Shown: positions 1-11,895 of the stretch, one piece after another | Numbering within the stretch: the stretch's first letter is position 1 | Layout: the number at the start of each line of letters is the position of its first letter | Assembly (NCBI GenBank): GCA_964016885.1 | Contig: OZ024742.1 | Span: 284,642,001 to 284,706,000 of the forward strand | Length of the DNA stretch: 64,000 nt | Reading direction: 5' to 3' | DNA from: Eledone cirrhosa | Taxonomy: Eukaryota | Translations under genes and position numbers: made by a program | The notes under the pieces: generated by a model | Told to the model about the DNA's origin: nothing | Database searches by the model: none | Seen by the model: the letters and a program-made list of their open reading frames with translations, nothing else

Positions 1-960
1 CCGAGGTGCTCGACACCATTACTGTCACGTCGTCGGCATAAGCCGACGCCGCTTTGCGCAGTCCCGGTTCTAGGGGGATGCCCTGCAACAGCTCCAATTT
101 CCGCAGTAGTGGCTCTAGAGTCAATATGTACAGAATGGAGGAGAGAGGGCATCCCTGTCGAATGGAACGCGTGATTGCGAACGGCTCCGATAGGTAGCCG
201 TTCACCTTGACCCTCGAGCAGATGCTGGTGTGCATCGCCTCGATCCATCCTCTGAACACGGGACCGAAACCGGCCGCCTTGAGAACCGCTTCCAAGTATC
301 GATGGTCGACCCTATCGAATGCCTTAGACTGATCCAAGTTGATCAGAGCCCCACCGAAGCCGGGTTTACTACCCACCCTCTCTATGATGTATCGCATGAG
401 GTGGAGGTTGTCGTGTATGGACCTGGTCGGGATTGCACACGTTTGCGCTTTCCCTACCAGGTTCTCGACGACAAGCGCTAACCTCGTCGCTAGCACCTTG
501 GCCAAAATCTTTAACTCTGTGTTGAGCAGAGTTATGGGCCTGAAGTTGTTAATTTCGTCCCCCTTGTTCTCGTCTTTCCTGATCAGCGTTACTACGCCCT
601 TGCCTGCAGAACTGGGAATTCTCCCGTTCTGCTGCCAATTGCAGTAGACGGCTTCGAGGACGCCAGAGAACAAGTCCGGCATGCCTATGTAAAATTCGTA
701 GGGTAGACCATCTAGACCGGGTGACTTGCGTTTCCCGCAGCGACCCAGAGCGTCCCGTATCTCAGTGTCCGTGATCGGTCTTTCGCAGAACTCGGCGTCC
801 GTGTTCGAGAGACGCGGCAGGCCGTCGAGGTATGAACTAAAGTCCATTGCCCCGTTTGGCTCACCGTCGTTCTGCTCAAACAGTCGCGCAAAGTGCCGCT
901 GAAAGGCCGCGCACATTTGCTTGGGGTCAAGTAGCACGCGTCCGTTTTGGTCTTTCAAAG
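1..960 (-). mobile_element. L1/Tx1-clade LINE, copy A: 5'-truncated ORF2 (RT region), continues past window start
   Basis: Minus strand encodes RT motifs (KSPGLDGLPYE, FRPITLLNTELKILAK, LDQSKAFDRVDH, RQGCPLS, AYADD). Collinear with but diverged from 2850-3810. Homology stops at 960, at the (GATA)n tail of the next copy. Confidence 0.9.
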
Positions 961-961
961 A

Positions 962-1261
962 GAGATAGATAGATATATTTCTTTATTAGCCACAGGGGCA
1001 CAAAAGAAGGGGACAAATACAAAGGGGGAAGTTTACATACAATAAAAACGTGTAAAATGTTATCACAGATGGAATTTAAAAGTTAGTCGATTTTCCCCAA
1101 TAGAGGGAGACAGTTTATATGGGTAACACAGACCCCCGAAAAAAATGTGCAACCCTCATCTCCAGGAGTACGAAGAGCTTGTACTCCTTTCCTCTCCTCC
1201 TCCTTTTCCTCAACCTACAGGCTGATATAGAGAGAAGGCCCATTCACTCGGGCCATTCTCG
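962..1261 (-). mobile_element. Tx1-type LINE 3'-end fragment, copy B (about 300 bp)
   Basis: End of ORF2, 3'UTR, AATAAA and (TATC)n tail on the minus strand. Appears identical to 7114-7409 (offset 6148). Confidence 0.9.
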
Positions 1262-1504
1262 AGATAGATAGATAGATAGATATATTTCTTTATTTACCAT
1301 AAAGGCATAAAAAGAAGGGACAAATACAAAGGGGGAGTTTACATACAATCGAGTAAAAAGGGTGTAACATGAAAATAATCGAAAATAACCTCAAAAGGGA
1401 GGGAACGTGATGGGGGTTGCACCCCCCCCCCTCCCGAAAAAGTGTGCAATGCTTTGCCCGGGGAGCACATGGAGAAGGTGCTCCCCTCTCCTTTACTTCT
1501 TTAC

Positions 1505-4500
1505 CTACAGGATGGTATACAGAGAAGGCCCATTTACACGAGCCATTCTCGACACTATCACCCACCTTTCATAAAACTGCCTGTGGCCAAGCACCTCTCT
1601 CTCCATTCTTATCCTTCTTCCGAAGTGATATCGGAAGAAGTAGACCAGACTATGGCCAGAGAGGAAGTTGCCTGACCTCAGACCTTTCAATCGTGTCCAC
1701 CAAACAACCTCTTTCAACATGGCTATTACGCACAGAAAAACCGCCTTTGCTTCCTTTGTGAAGAGGGGAGGCGGTTTAATTGTCATCACGGACTCGGCGG
1801 TCAATTGAATCGGCGCCACCCGCGACAGCAGTCGTTCGGCGTAGCCCCACAGATCAGCCACGCCCGGACATTGCACCAATGCGTGCGCAACGGTTTCTTC
1901 GTGACGCACGCATCTAGGGCAAATCTTTTTTGAGGGATCCCTGCCCGGGCGCCCGTGTCTGTAGAGCCTCTCTCGAACGGGTAGAGCCCCTCGGTAGCAC
2001 TACCAGGCCAGTGACTTCTGGAAGTTGTCCATTGGTCCTGGGCCGAAAGTCCTACCGAAAAGGCTGGCCAGTTCGTCTTCTTCCATGTCCAGCGACTCTC
2101 CAAGGGTGTCATCGCCCCTGCTAGCCACCAGCCCTCTATAGAATGATGAGGTGGATTCTCCACCGATGGCCTAGCCCGCTTGCCAGAGAGCCCTGAGCGC
2201 CTGAGCACACTCAGTGTGCCAGTCTTCCAGTTTTCCGGATCTTTGCTTGACCCAGGACTGTAGCTCGGTGAGCGAGACGAGTCTCGGAAAGGCTCGTTTC
2301 ACGAACGGAGCCCACACCGGTTGACCAGTGAGGAATACCTGTAGGTGCCGTAGCCTTAATGCGTGCCTACGCATCATCAACCACGGCATCCCCAGCCCTC
2401 CTTTCGAAGGTTGTTGGCAGCAGATGGATCTTCTCACCATAGGAGGGCGCTTCTTCCAAAGAAATTGGAAGAGCATGCGTTCCATGGTGGTGAGTGTTTC
2501 CTTAGGGCAAGGCACGACAGTCAGGCGGTAGTAAGTGACGGACGCTATGTAAATGTTCGCCACCTCCGCCCGGCCTTTTAGGGACAGCTTACACTTGGCT
2601 CATTTCTGGGTTAGTGCAAACACCTTGTTCGTAACCTCGTTCCAGTTCTTTTCCACCTGGAGGTCCGGTCCAAACCAGACCCCAAGCAACTTTACCGGGC
2701 CCTCCGTCCAGTGTCCGACGACACCGTCGGGAGGCATCGGTCTGCCTCTCCACGTTCCGAGTTGCAGCCCGATGGATTTTTCCCGGTTCAGTTTCGCTCC
2801 TGACAACCTTTCGTAATCCTGCAGTAAGGTACCGATCGCCTCGATCTCCGAGTCGGTCGATACCATTACTGTTACGTCATCGGCGTAAGCCGACACCGCT
2901 TTGCTCAATCCTGGTTCCAGAGGGATACCCTGCAACAACTCCAACTTCCTCAGTAAAGGCTCGAGAGTCAATACGTACAGAAGGGAGGAGAGAGGGCACC
3001 CCTGTCGAATGGATCGTGTGATTTCGAACGGCTTCGAAAGGTAGCCGTTCACCTTGATCCTAGAACAGATGTGGTTGCTATGTAAGGCAGTGATCCAGCC
3101 TCTGAAAACAGGACCGAACCCAGCCGCCGCTAGCACCGCATCCAGGTAACCATGGTCGACCCTATCGAAGGCCTTAGACTGATCCAAGTTGATCAGGGCC
3201 CCACCGAAGCCGGGTTTGTTGCCAACCCTCTCTATGATGTATCGCATGAGGTGGAGGTTATCGTGAATGGACCTGGATGGGATATCACATGTCTGCGCAT
3301 CTCCCACCAGGCCACCCACGACAAGCGCCAACCTCTTTGCTAACACCTTGGCCAAAATCTTTAACTCTGTGTTTAGCAGGGTTATGGGCCGAAAATTATT
3401 TATACTATCTCCCTTGTTCTCGTCCTTCCTCACCAGCGAGACTACGCCCTTGGCTACAGAACAAGGAATTCTCCCGTTCTGCTGCCAATTGCAGTAGACC
3501 GCTTCGAGGAGTTCGGAGAAGAAGACCGGCATTGCTAAATAAAGTTCGTAAGGTATACCATCGAGACCTGGAGATTTGCGTCTGCTGCATTGGCTCAGCG
3601 CATCTCCGATCTCATCAGCCGAGATTGGTCCCTCGCAGGACTCTGCCTCTTCGCTCGAGAGACGCGGCAGGCCGTCGAGGTATGGACCGAAATCCACGCC
3701 CCCGCCCGGACCCTCGCCTCCCCCGAACAATCGGGCAAAGTGCCTTTGAAAGGCCTCGCACATCTGCTTAGGCTCCCGGATCACCCGTCCATCTTCGTCT
3801 TGCAACGACCGGATGGTGGATCGATTTCCACTCTTAGCTTCTGTCACGCGGGCCCAGCCAACGGCTTTGGCCCCCTCATTACCTAGAGCACGTATTTTAC
3901 TTCGAATGACGCAGCCTTCGTGCTTTGCATCGAAAAACTGGTTCAAGGCCGTCCTCGATGCCAGCACTCTGGCCACATCTTCGCTCTTGATTGCCTCTTC
4001 TAATTTACCTGTTAATTCTTTCTCGTTTCTATTCCTATCGGCAGCTAACATCTTGCTATAACTTATTGATTCTGTTCTAATCTCTCTTTTGAGAGATGCC
4101 CACCATCGGTTGTTGACGATTGCACCCGTCAACCTCTCCTTAACTAATCTGCTAATCCAGTTTCTGTAAGTTTCTTTTGCCGGTAAAGACAAATTAAGTT
4201 TCCAGTAACCGGGACCCTGTTTATGTGTTTTCTCGAGATTGACTACGCAGGTCACTAATTTGTGATCCGTGTAGCCAACCGTGCGCATTTCTGGACAGCT
4301 TAATATGTCCCTATCCTTACTTCTAACTAAGAATCTATCTAAGTACGATCTAGATTGACCACTGTGGTTTCTCCAAGTCCAGGTAGGCACAGTTGGAAAA
4401 TCTAGTCGATATCTATCGACCAAGTTAAAACGGTTGAGTAACCCCTTGAGGCTGTTACACGCCCCTCTATTAGGACATGCTCCTGCATAGTCCCAACGTG

Positions 4501-4947
4501 CATCTAGGATGTCATTCCAATCCCCCGCTAGAAGCAGGGAACGCGACGTTCCCAGAAAAGTCTCCAAACGCTGGAAGAAGTCGGGCCGTTCAGCTCCGAA
4601 AGGGGAGTAGACGGCGACCAGTCTCAAGGCCGCACCTTCACTACTGCCAACGTCTAGCACCAACAAACGACCCTCTGGGTCCGAGTGCACAACCTGTACG
4701 GCAAGACCCAGGTGTTTTTGCAGCAGTACGACAACCCCACCCCCACCTCCAGGTTGACAGAGATCTCTCTGTCATGCACCTCAAAGTCATCGAAGGTAGG
4801 GGCCAGCTGCCGCACGACGCTGATCCGAGTCTCACAGATAACCATTACATTTATACCACATGACCTGAGGTCATTTAGAAGCTTTGCTTGCTTCCAAGTT
4901 GAGCCCAGGCCACGTGCATTCAAACATCCTACTCTTAACACATCCAT
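1505..4947 (-). pseudogene. ORF2: APE endonuclease, reverse transcriptase and zinc finger; frameshifted
   Basis: MDVLRVGCLNARGL (APE start), GDWN, SYLDRFLV, TDHKLV, GPGYWKLN, RQGCPLS, YADD, GGLGMP, EETVAHALVQCP. Split across ORFs 4654-4947, 2600-4690, 2171-2563 and 1505-1909. Confidence 0.92.
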
Positions 4948-4980
4948 GTGGGCGGCAAAGCCAAAGGAGAGTGTAGAGAC

Positions 4981-6920
4981 CTACCTTTCCACTTCCCGGG
5001 GTTCGGGTCGCACGACTTCCATGGGGTCGGGGGTGTTGGGTGAAGGGGTGTCTTGTGGTGGTGTGGGGTCGTCAGTGTGTGGTGGGGTTGGGGTGTTTGG
5101 AGTTGTGTTGGGGAAGGGAAGGGGAGAGGGAAAGCTTTTTAGTAGGACGCGGTTTATGGGTTTGACAGAGGGTGGTCCTACGTCCTCCTTAAAATCCTTT
5201 TTTAGTTTTTGGTAGAGGTTCATTGGGATCTTTATTAATTTTAAATGTGGGTAGTTTTCTGAAGAAACAAAGTTTACACCTTCGGTTTGTACCGAAGGAT
5301 TATTGTATATGAGTTCATTTAATTTATTATTGTTTCTGTTGATGTAAGTATAGTGTAATGTCTTTTTTTCGGGTGGTGTGAGTGTTTCGAAGAGGGGAGG
5401 GGCAGGTTTGGTTTTGTTTGTTGCTGGAGGGGTGTTTTCTGTTTTGTTGGATTGTGTTGAGATTTGGGTGGGGGTTGTTTGGCCTTGTGTGTTTTGCACA
5501 TGTTTTCTTTTTTTCCTTTTAATCTGTCTGAAGGACTCCGTTTCTTCCTCCGAATTCGTTGGGTTATCTTCAGTGTTGGAGGGAAGATGTATGTTTGCTG
5601 GTAATGTTTCCGTGTTGGTTTTCTTTGTGGGGGAGATGGATGTCACTATGTTAGACTGTGTTGTGTGTTGTGTCTGCGGTGGTTGTGTTGTTTTATTGAG
5701 TGAGGGGTTGGGTGGGCCTGTATTTTGTTTTGGGGTAATGTGTTGTGACTGTTTGTGTTGTGGTGGTGGTGTAGTTTTACTGAGGGACGGGTTGGGTGGG
5801 ACTGAGTTTTGTTGTTTGTTTATCTGTTGTGGTGGTGGTGGTGGAGCTGGTGTTGGTAGCAGGGTTTTCTTTTTGTTGAGTTGGGGACAAGCGGCCTTCA
5901 GGTGCCCTCTGCCTGCACAGATATGACAGGACGGCCTTCTCCCCTCCACGCTAATGTTTATATACCCGTGGCCCTCTAATAGGATTCTGTCGGGTATTTG
6001 GGCGATGCGTTCAGGCTTCATTTGCACTACCAGCTCTATACCTGTTCCACTGAACGCATTGCCTGTGGTTTTCCCAATGGAAATCACGTTGTCATTCACT
6101 AGATCGATGAAGCCAGCTATGAGCCAGCAGTAGTCCACATCTGGCATCATTGCATCCAGCCATATGCGTTGAGTTCTTTTACCCATATAAGATGGATAAA
6201 AGGTAAAATTTTTTGAACGAATCGGTGACAAAGCACATTCTTTTGCCGCCGATTCGTTCTTCATAATAATTGCTAGGCTTCCATACAGTCTGTCTTTTCT
6301 TATGAAAGTGGTTTCATTAAGTACTTCTGTGAGTACTGTTTTGATATCTGCCTGAGTTGGTTGTTCAGGTTATTTTGAAGTGTTGTTGATGGTGCGGAAC
6401 ACGACCGTTCGACTTTCAATGTCTTTGGTGAGTTCTTGAGGCATTTTTACCGATAAAATACCATTCTCTCCTTCACTTATGTATTGTTTGGCGTCTGTGA
6501 TTCTTCGTGCCACATCTGAAATATTTTCAGGTATATATGTCAAAGATTTCTTTGTTGTTTGTGCAAATGAAATCTTGTTGACTCTGTCGTCTGCTTTGCT
6601 TTCTGTTATGGTGTTATTTTCAAATGTTATTTTTGTGTTTGTTGTGTCTTTGTTTGTGGTATTAGTATTGTCATGTAATTTTTCAAATTTTTTTTTTTTT
6701 CGTTGTTGGAATCCATGTCCAGATTTGTGTTTTCGTCATTTTTCTCCGCCGATTCGTCTGTTTTTATTTTATTTTTTCCTTCCTTCTCTATGACGTTAGT
6801 TGGGAAGGAAGGGGGGACTAAAGCGTGCGAGCTTACAACTCTTACCGCTGTCCCCCCACCACTATTTTCGTTCGCTTCGTTTAACATTTCTGTCAGACGA
6901 TTGAAATTTTTTTGCCACAA
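4981..6920 (-). pseudogene. ORF1 (gag-like nucleic-acid binding protein), disrupted at the N-terminus
   Basis: ORF 4981-6264 has a CX2CX4HX4C knuckle (CHICAGRGHLKAAC) and a Pro/Thr-rich tail, and ends 33 nt before the ORF2 ATG. The upstream part is broken near the poly-T at about 6690 and a stop near 6370. Start position is uncertain. Confidence 0.8.
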
Positions 6921-7113
6921 AATTTTTTAAAACAGGTTTTTCACCTCTAGGAGGGGTAAAGATGAGCTGACCCACCGCCTGACAGTTCAGACGGGGGGTC
7001 AAGCTACACAATAGTATCAAAATTAAATTTGAACTCACAAAATTTCCGCAATAAATTTGAACAAAACTTCTGCGCTAAGTGAATTACATCCACACTGTAG
7101 AACAGACGACAGC

Positions 7114-8007
7114 TAGATAGATATATTTCTTTATTAGCCACAGGGGCACAAAAGAAGGGGACAAATACAAAGGGGGAAGTTTACATACAATAAAAACGTG
7201 TAAAATGTTATCACAGATGGAATTTAAAAGTTAGTCGATTTTCCCCAATAGAGGGAGACAGTTTATATGGGTAACACAGACCCCCGAAAAAAATGTGCAA
7301 CCCTCATCTCCAGGAGTACGAAGAGCTTGTACTCCTTTCCTCTCCTCCTCCTTTTCCTCAACCTACAGGCTGATATAGAGAGAAGGCCCATTCACTCGGG
7401 CCATTCTCGCCACTTTCACCCACCTTTCATAAAACTTGCTGGGGTACAGCACCTCTCTCTCCATCCTGATTCTTCTTCCAAAGTGGTATTTGAAAAAAAG
7501 AATCAGTTGTTGGCCGGAGAGAAAGGTGTCTGACCTCAGCCCTTTCAACCTTGTCCACCATACAACCTCTTTCGCCATAGCTATCACACAAAGGAAAACC
7601 GCCTCTCCTTCGTTTTTGAAGGAGGGTGGCGGTTTGATCATGACAATGGACTCGGTGGTCAACTGGATTGGTCCCACCCGCGACAATAGTCGTTCCACAT
7701 AGCCCCACAGGTCAGTGACGCCCGGGCAGTGTATGAATGCGTGCGCGACGGTTTCTTCGTCTCGCACGCACCTCGGACAGATCTTTTTTGCAGGGTCCCT
7801 GCCCGGGCGCCCATGTCTGTAGAGCTTGTCTCGAACTGGTAGAGCTCCTCGGTAGCACTGCCAGGCCAGGGACTTTTGGAAGTTGTCCATCGGTCCCGGG
7901 CGGAAGGTCCTACCGAACAGACTGGCCAGTTCATCTTCCTCCACGCCTAGAGTTTCACCGAGCGCGTCGTCGCACTTGCTGCGGACCAACCCTCTATAGA
8001 ATGACGA
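7114..8007 (-). mobile_element. Tx1-type LINE 3' portion, copy D (5'-truncated)
   Basis: ORF 7363-8028 encodes the ORF2 C-terminus (CPRCVRDEETVAHAFIHCP), homologous to 1505-2150. Same tail as B and C. Truncated at the junction with the 310-bp repeat. Confidence 0.9.
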
Positions 8008-8170
8008 ATATTCTATGTCTATATTCACATATATATCGCTATTTCAGAGCATTTATTCCAATTTCTAATTTCTGCCGGACCGGCAACCGCTCTTTCAAAC
8101 CAGTTCCTGTACACAGCTAAGTATTCTATAAGTCTCTAGCTGTGTCATTCTCGATAAAAGCACTGGATAT

Positions 8171-8213
8171 GTAGTCCTGATGATTTCTAACGAGAATGAA
8201 ACGCGTAGATTAC
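8171..8213 (+). ncRNA. Type I hammerhead ribozyme (family 1, copy 1)
   Basis: Stem I GTAGTC/GATTAC, CTGATGA (8177-8183), stem II TTCT-AACG-AGAA, GAAA (8198-8201), CGCG, then TA; predicted GUA cleavage after 8207. Stem I is extended by a perfect 16-bp helix 8147-8162/8220-8235. Confidence 0.88.
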
Positions 8214-8480
8214 TTCCCTTGCTTTTATCGAGAATCTAATTGTAATACGTGACGTATTCTATTCTATAGCGATTAGGTCTTCAAAATGTTTATTATAAAC
8301 ATACAGAATATTTTCGAATATTCTATGTCTATATTCACATATATATCGCTATTTCAGAGCATTTATTCCAATTTCTAATTTCTGCCGGACCGGCAACCGC
8401 TCTTTCAAACCAGTTCCTGTACACAGCTAAGTATTCTATAAGTCTCTAGCTGTGTCATTCTCGATAAAAGCACTGGATAT

Positions 8481-8523
8481 GTAGTCCTGATGATTTCTAA
8501 CGAGAATGAAACGCGTAGATTAC
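8481..8523 (+). ncRNA. Type I hammerhead ribozyme (family 1, copy 2)
   Basis: Identical to 8171-8213, offset +310. Confidence 0.88.
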
Positions 8524-8790
8524 TTCCCTTGCTTTTATCGAGAATCTAATTGTAATACGTGACGTATTCTATTCTATAGCGATTAGGTCTTCAAAATGTT
8601 TATTATAAACATACAGAATATTTTCGAATATTCTATGTCTATATTCACATATATATCGCTATTTCAGAGCATTTATTCCAATTTCTAATTTCTGCCGGAC
8701 CGGCAACCGCTCTTTCAAACCAGTTCCTGTGCACAGCTAAGTATTCTATAAGTCTCTAGCTGTGTCATTCTCGATAAAAGCACTGGATAT

Positions 8791-8833
8791 GTAGTCCTGA
8801 TGATTTCTAACGAGAATGAAACGCGTAGATTAC
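8791..8833 (+). ncRNA. Type I hammerhead ribozyme (family 1, copy 3)
   Basis: Identical to 8171-8213, offset +620. Confidence 0.88.
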
Positions 8834-9145
8834 TTCCCTTGCTTTTATCGAGAATCTAATTGTAATACGTGACGTATTCTATTCTATAGCGATTAGGTCT
8901 TCAAAATGTTTATTATAAACATACAGAATATTTTCGAATATTCTATGTCTATATTCACATATATATCGCTATTTCAGAGCATTTATTCCAATTTATATAT
9001 ATATATATATATATGTATATGTAGGAGGTGAGTTTTATTGTAGTACAATAAAGCAATGCAGATATCGGATAAGAAGCACTCTAAAGTATGTGGAACTGGA
9101 GTATGCATAATATAAGATCAAAAGATGGTTAAAGGAGTTCAATAT

Positions 9146-9214
9146 ATTTTATTATGCGCATTTCAAAAACAAACATCATCAAACAATAATATTTGTGTTT
9201 TCATCAGATAAAAC
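9146..9214 (-). ncRNA. Type I hammerhead ribozyme (family 2, inverted arm copy)
   Basis: Reverse complement of 12634-12702; TCATCAG at 9201-9207. Confidence 0.85.
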
Positions 9215-9977
9215 AGGAGAACATGATATGAAGGCTAAAAAAAAAAAACACTTGTTGATAGTGCAGTTTTAAATCAACATATGAAAAGTGGTTTTAGATT
9301 GATGTGTGATATTGGGAAAAATATTTTATTTAGAGAGGGGGGGAGAGAAAAGGATGAAAAGGGAAGGAGATGAGAGGGAGAGATGGGTGATAGAGAGAAA
9401 GAGATAGTTTTTATAACTGAGAGGAGATATATTTTATATAGAGGGGTTGAAAACCGTTGGAAGATACTGTATAAATTAAAAATTTTGAAAATTAACGAAG
9501 GGAGGATATGTGCGAGGAAAAAATATATTATATTTAGGGAGGGGTGGGGGTGGAAAGGATGAAAAAAAGGGGAGGAGATGAGAGTGAAGGTGGAAAGGGA
9601 GAGATGGGTGATAGAGAGAAAGAGATAGTTTTTATAACTGAGAAAAAGATATAGAGAGGTTGGGAACCGTTGGAAGATAATGTATAAATTAAAGGAATTT
9701 GAAAATTAACGAAGGGAAATTATGTATGGAGATAGAGAGAAAAAAATAACGAAGGGAAATTATGTATGGAGATAGAGAGAAAAAAATAATAATTGTGGGT
9801 TAATATTCTAACGTCAAAAGAAGAAATGTAGGAATTTTAAAATTAGCAAAGAGAAAAAGTTTATGTGTAGAAGGATTTGGGAAAAATAATGTGAAGTTAA
9901 AGTTTTTATATTGAATTCATATGTATTAATAATGAGTTCGTTGATGGGGAGAAAAAAATAATAATAAATTAAGGATG

Positions 9978-11401
9978 CATCCGATTCATCCCAATTGACT
10001 GATTTAATTGGTATCTTCATTTTGAACTCTTTGAGTCGGAAAATTCCTCAACTTCGCGGTGGAATTTATCGTGACGATGGACTCTTTACTATCCTAAATT
10101 GCAATACAGTTAAACTTAATATTATTAAGAACAATATACGTAATCTCTTTAACCAACATAACCTAAAAATTGAATTTGATAATAGTACCAAACTAGCTAA
10201 TTTCTTGGATGTATCTCTTAATCTTGACACTGGCCTATATTACCCTTACCATAAAAACAATGAGAATCTTAATTATGTTAACTTTAAATCTAACCATCCT
10301 ACCAATATCAAGAATGCTATAGTTAATAATATTGGAAATAGAATATCTAACATATCTTCTAATAAAAACATCTTTGATGCTAACGCCAATTACTATAATA
10401 ACGCACTTTCTAAAGCCGGCTATCCAGATAAAATCAAATATAATAAAGAAACAAATTCTAGGAAAACTTACAGTAGAATATTTAATCATAACCATTCCAA
10501 TAATTTTAATAAAAGACCTAGATACAAAAACATAATCTGGTATAATGCTCCTTTCTCCATCTCTATTAATAACAATATTCCTAAATTATTTTTTAGTGCC
10601 TTAAATAAATGCTTCCCTCCCTACCATATCTATAGTAAAATATTTAACAAACACACCATCAAATTTTCGTATTCTACATCCTCCAATATTTCCAACATCA
10701 TCTCTAAACACAACAACAAAATAATAAATACTAAATCTCTTCCTTCCAATATTGAATCTCATAATAACAATAATAGTACTCCTGACGTCATTGTAAACCC
10801 TAGGCTAACTTCTGTAAACCCAAATGCAACGTCAAACACAACTTCGCTAAATGTTCATAATCCAACTCTAAATCAAGAAACTATTATTCCTATTATTCCT
10901 ATCGCAAACAACTTCTCCAATCCAATTCCTTCTATAGATAACACTAGATCACTCATTAATAATCTCTCTAATTGCAACTGCCGCATTAAAAATAAATGTC
11001 CTCTCAACAACCATTGCCTCGATAAAAACTTAATTTATGAATGTAAAATTATAACTAGCACCAATTCCTTCACCTATTTTGGCTCCACTTCCACCTCTTT
11101 TAAAGCTCGTCTCTATAATCATCATTCATCTTTCAAATACAAACTTAAAAGAACTAACACTGCTCTCTCAGAACTCATATGGTCCTTAAAAGACAAAAAC
11201 ATTAAATATAACATCTTTTGGAAAAAGATTTCTTCTGCATCCTCGTACTTGAACAGCTCTCTATCTAAAATCTGTAATCTCTGCCTAAATGAAAAATTTA
11301 CCATTATTTCTAACCTAGAATCCATAATAAATAGACGCTCGGATTTGTTTTCCATCTGCCTGCATAAATTCCATAGAACTTTTCACAAAGTATACAGTTA
11401 A
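9978..11401 (+). CDS. PLE polyprotein C-terminal part: RT (YRDD), Cys-rich linker and GIY-YIG endonuclease; 5'-truncated but uninterrupted
   Basis: SDSSQLTDLIG, GGIYRDDGL, NFLDVSL, YYPYHK, IIWYNAPFS, CNCRIKNKCPLNNHC, LIYECK...YFGST..FKARLYNHH, CNLCLNEK, CLH. Confidence 0.9.
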
Positions 11402-11454
11402 TATTCAATTCTTTATCAATTTAGAATCTTTTCTCAAAGGCACATATACATACA

Positions 11455-11895
11455 CCTCTTTAAAATATACCCATCTACCTTACTTTAAAGGGCATTATAC
11501 ACTCTATAATACTCGTTTACTCATTACCCTCATCCTATCTTCTCGTAAAACAATAACATTTGTTTTTGACATTTTGAATATTCATCCGCAATCATTATTA
11601 TTTTTTTCCCTCTATCATAAATCTTTTTAATCTCAATTTCATCCTTAATTTATTATTATATATTTTTTTTTAATATATACTCATATATTCTTTAAAATAT
11701 ACCCATCTACCTTACTTTAAAGGGCATTATACACTCTATAATACCCGTTTACTCATCACCCTCATTATATCTCCTCGTAAAACAATAACATTTGTTTTTG
11801 ACATTTTGAGTATTCATCCGCAATCATTATTATTTTTTCTCTCTATCATAAATCTTTTTAATCTCAATTTCATCCTTAATTTATTATTATTTTTT
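11455..11895 (+). repeat. About 232-bp tandem duplication in the PLE-A 3'UTR
   Basis: TAAAATATACCCATCTACCTTACTTTAAAGGG occurs at 11461 and 11693. Confidence 0.85.

Larger units (their letters stand above)
1262..7113 (-). mobile_element. Near full-length L1/Tx1-clade non-LTR retrotransposon, copy C (about 5.85 kb)
   Basis: 5'UTR, ORF1 with CCHC knuckle, ORF2 (APE endonuclease, RT, C-terminal Cys motif), 3'UTR, then AATAAAGAAATA(TATC)n tail at about 1262-1294. Confidence 0.93.
8005..8994 (+). mobile_element. 310-bp tandem repeat (about 3.2 copies), one hammerhead per unit: non-LTR retrozyme-like element
   Basis: TTCTATGTCT recurs at 8011, 8321, 8631 and 8941. Copies are nearly identical (one A/G difference seen at 8731). 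Non-coding; 3' end runs into (TA)n. Confidence 0.88.

Noticed and set aside
230-5926. Plus-strand ORFs over the Tx1 elements
   Set aside because: Antisense shadows of ORF1/ORF2 with no independent motifs.
962-7409. LTR retrotransposon (direct repeats flanking gag/pol-like ORFs)
   Set aside because: The repeats are LINE 3' ends. ORF2 is APE-RT with no integrase, protease or TG..CA termini.
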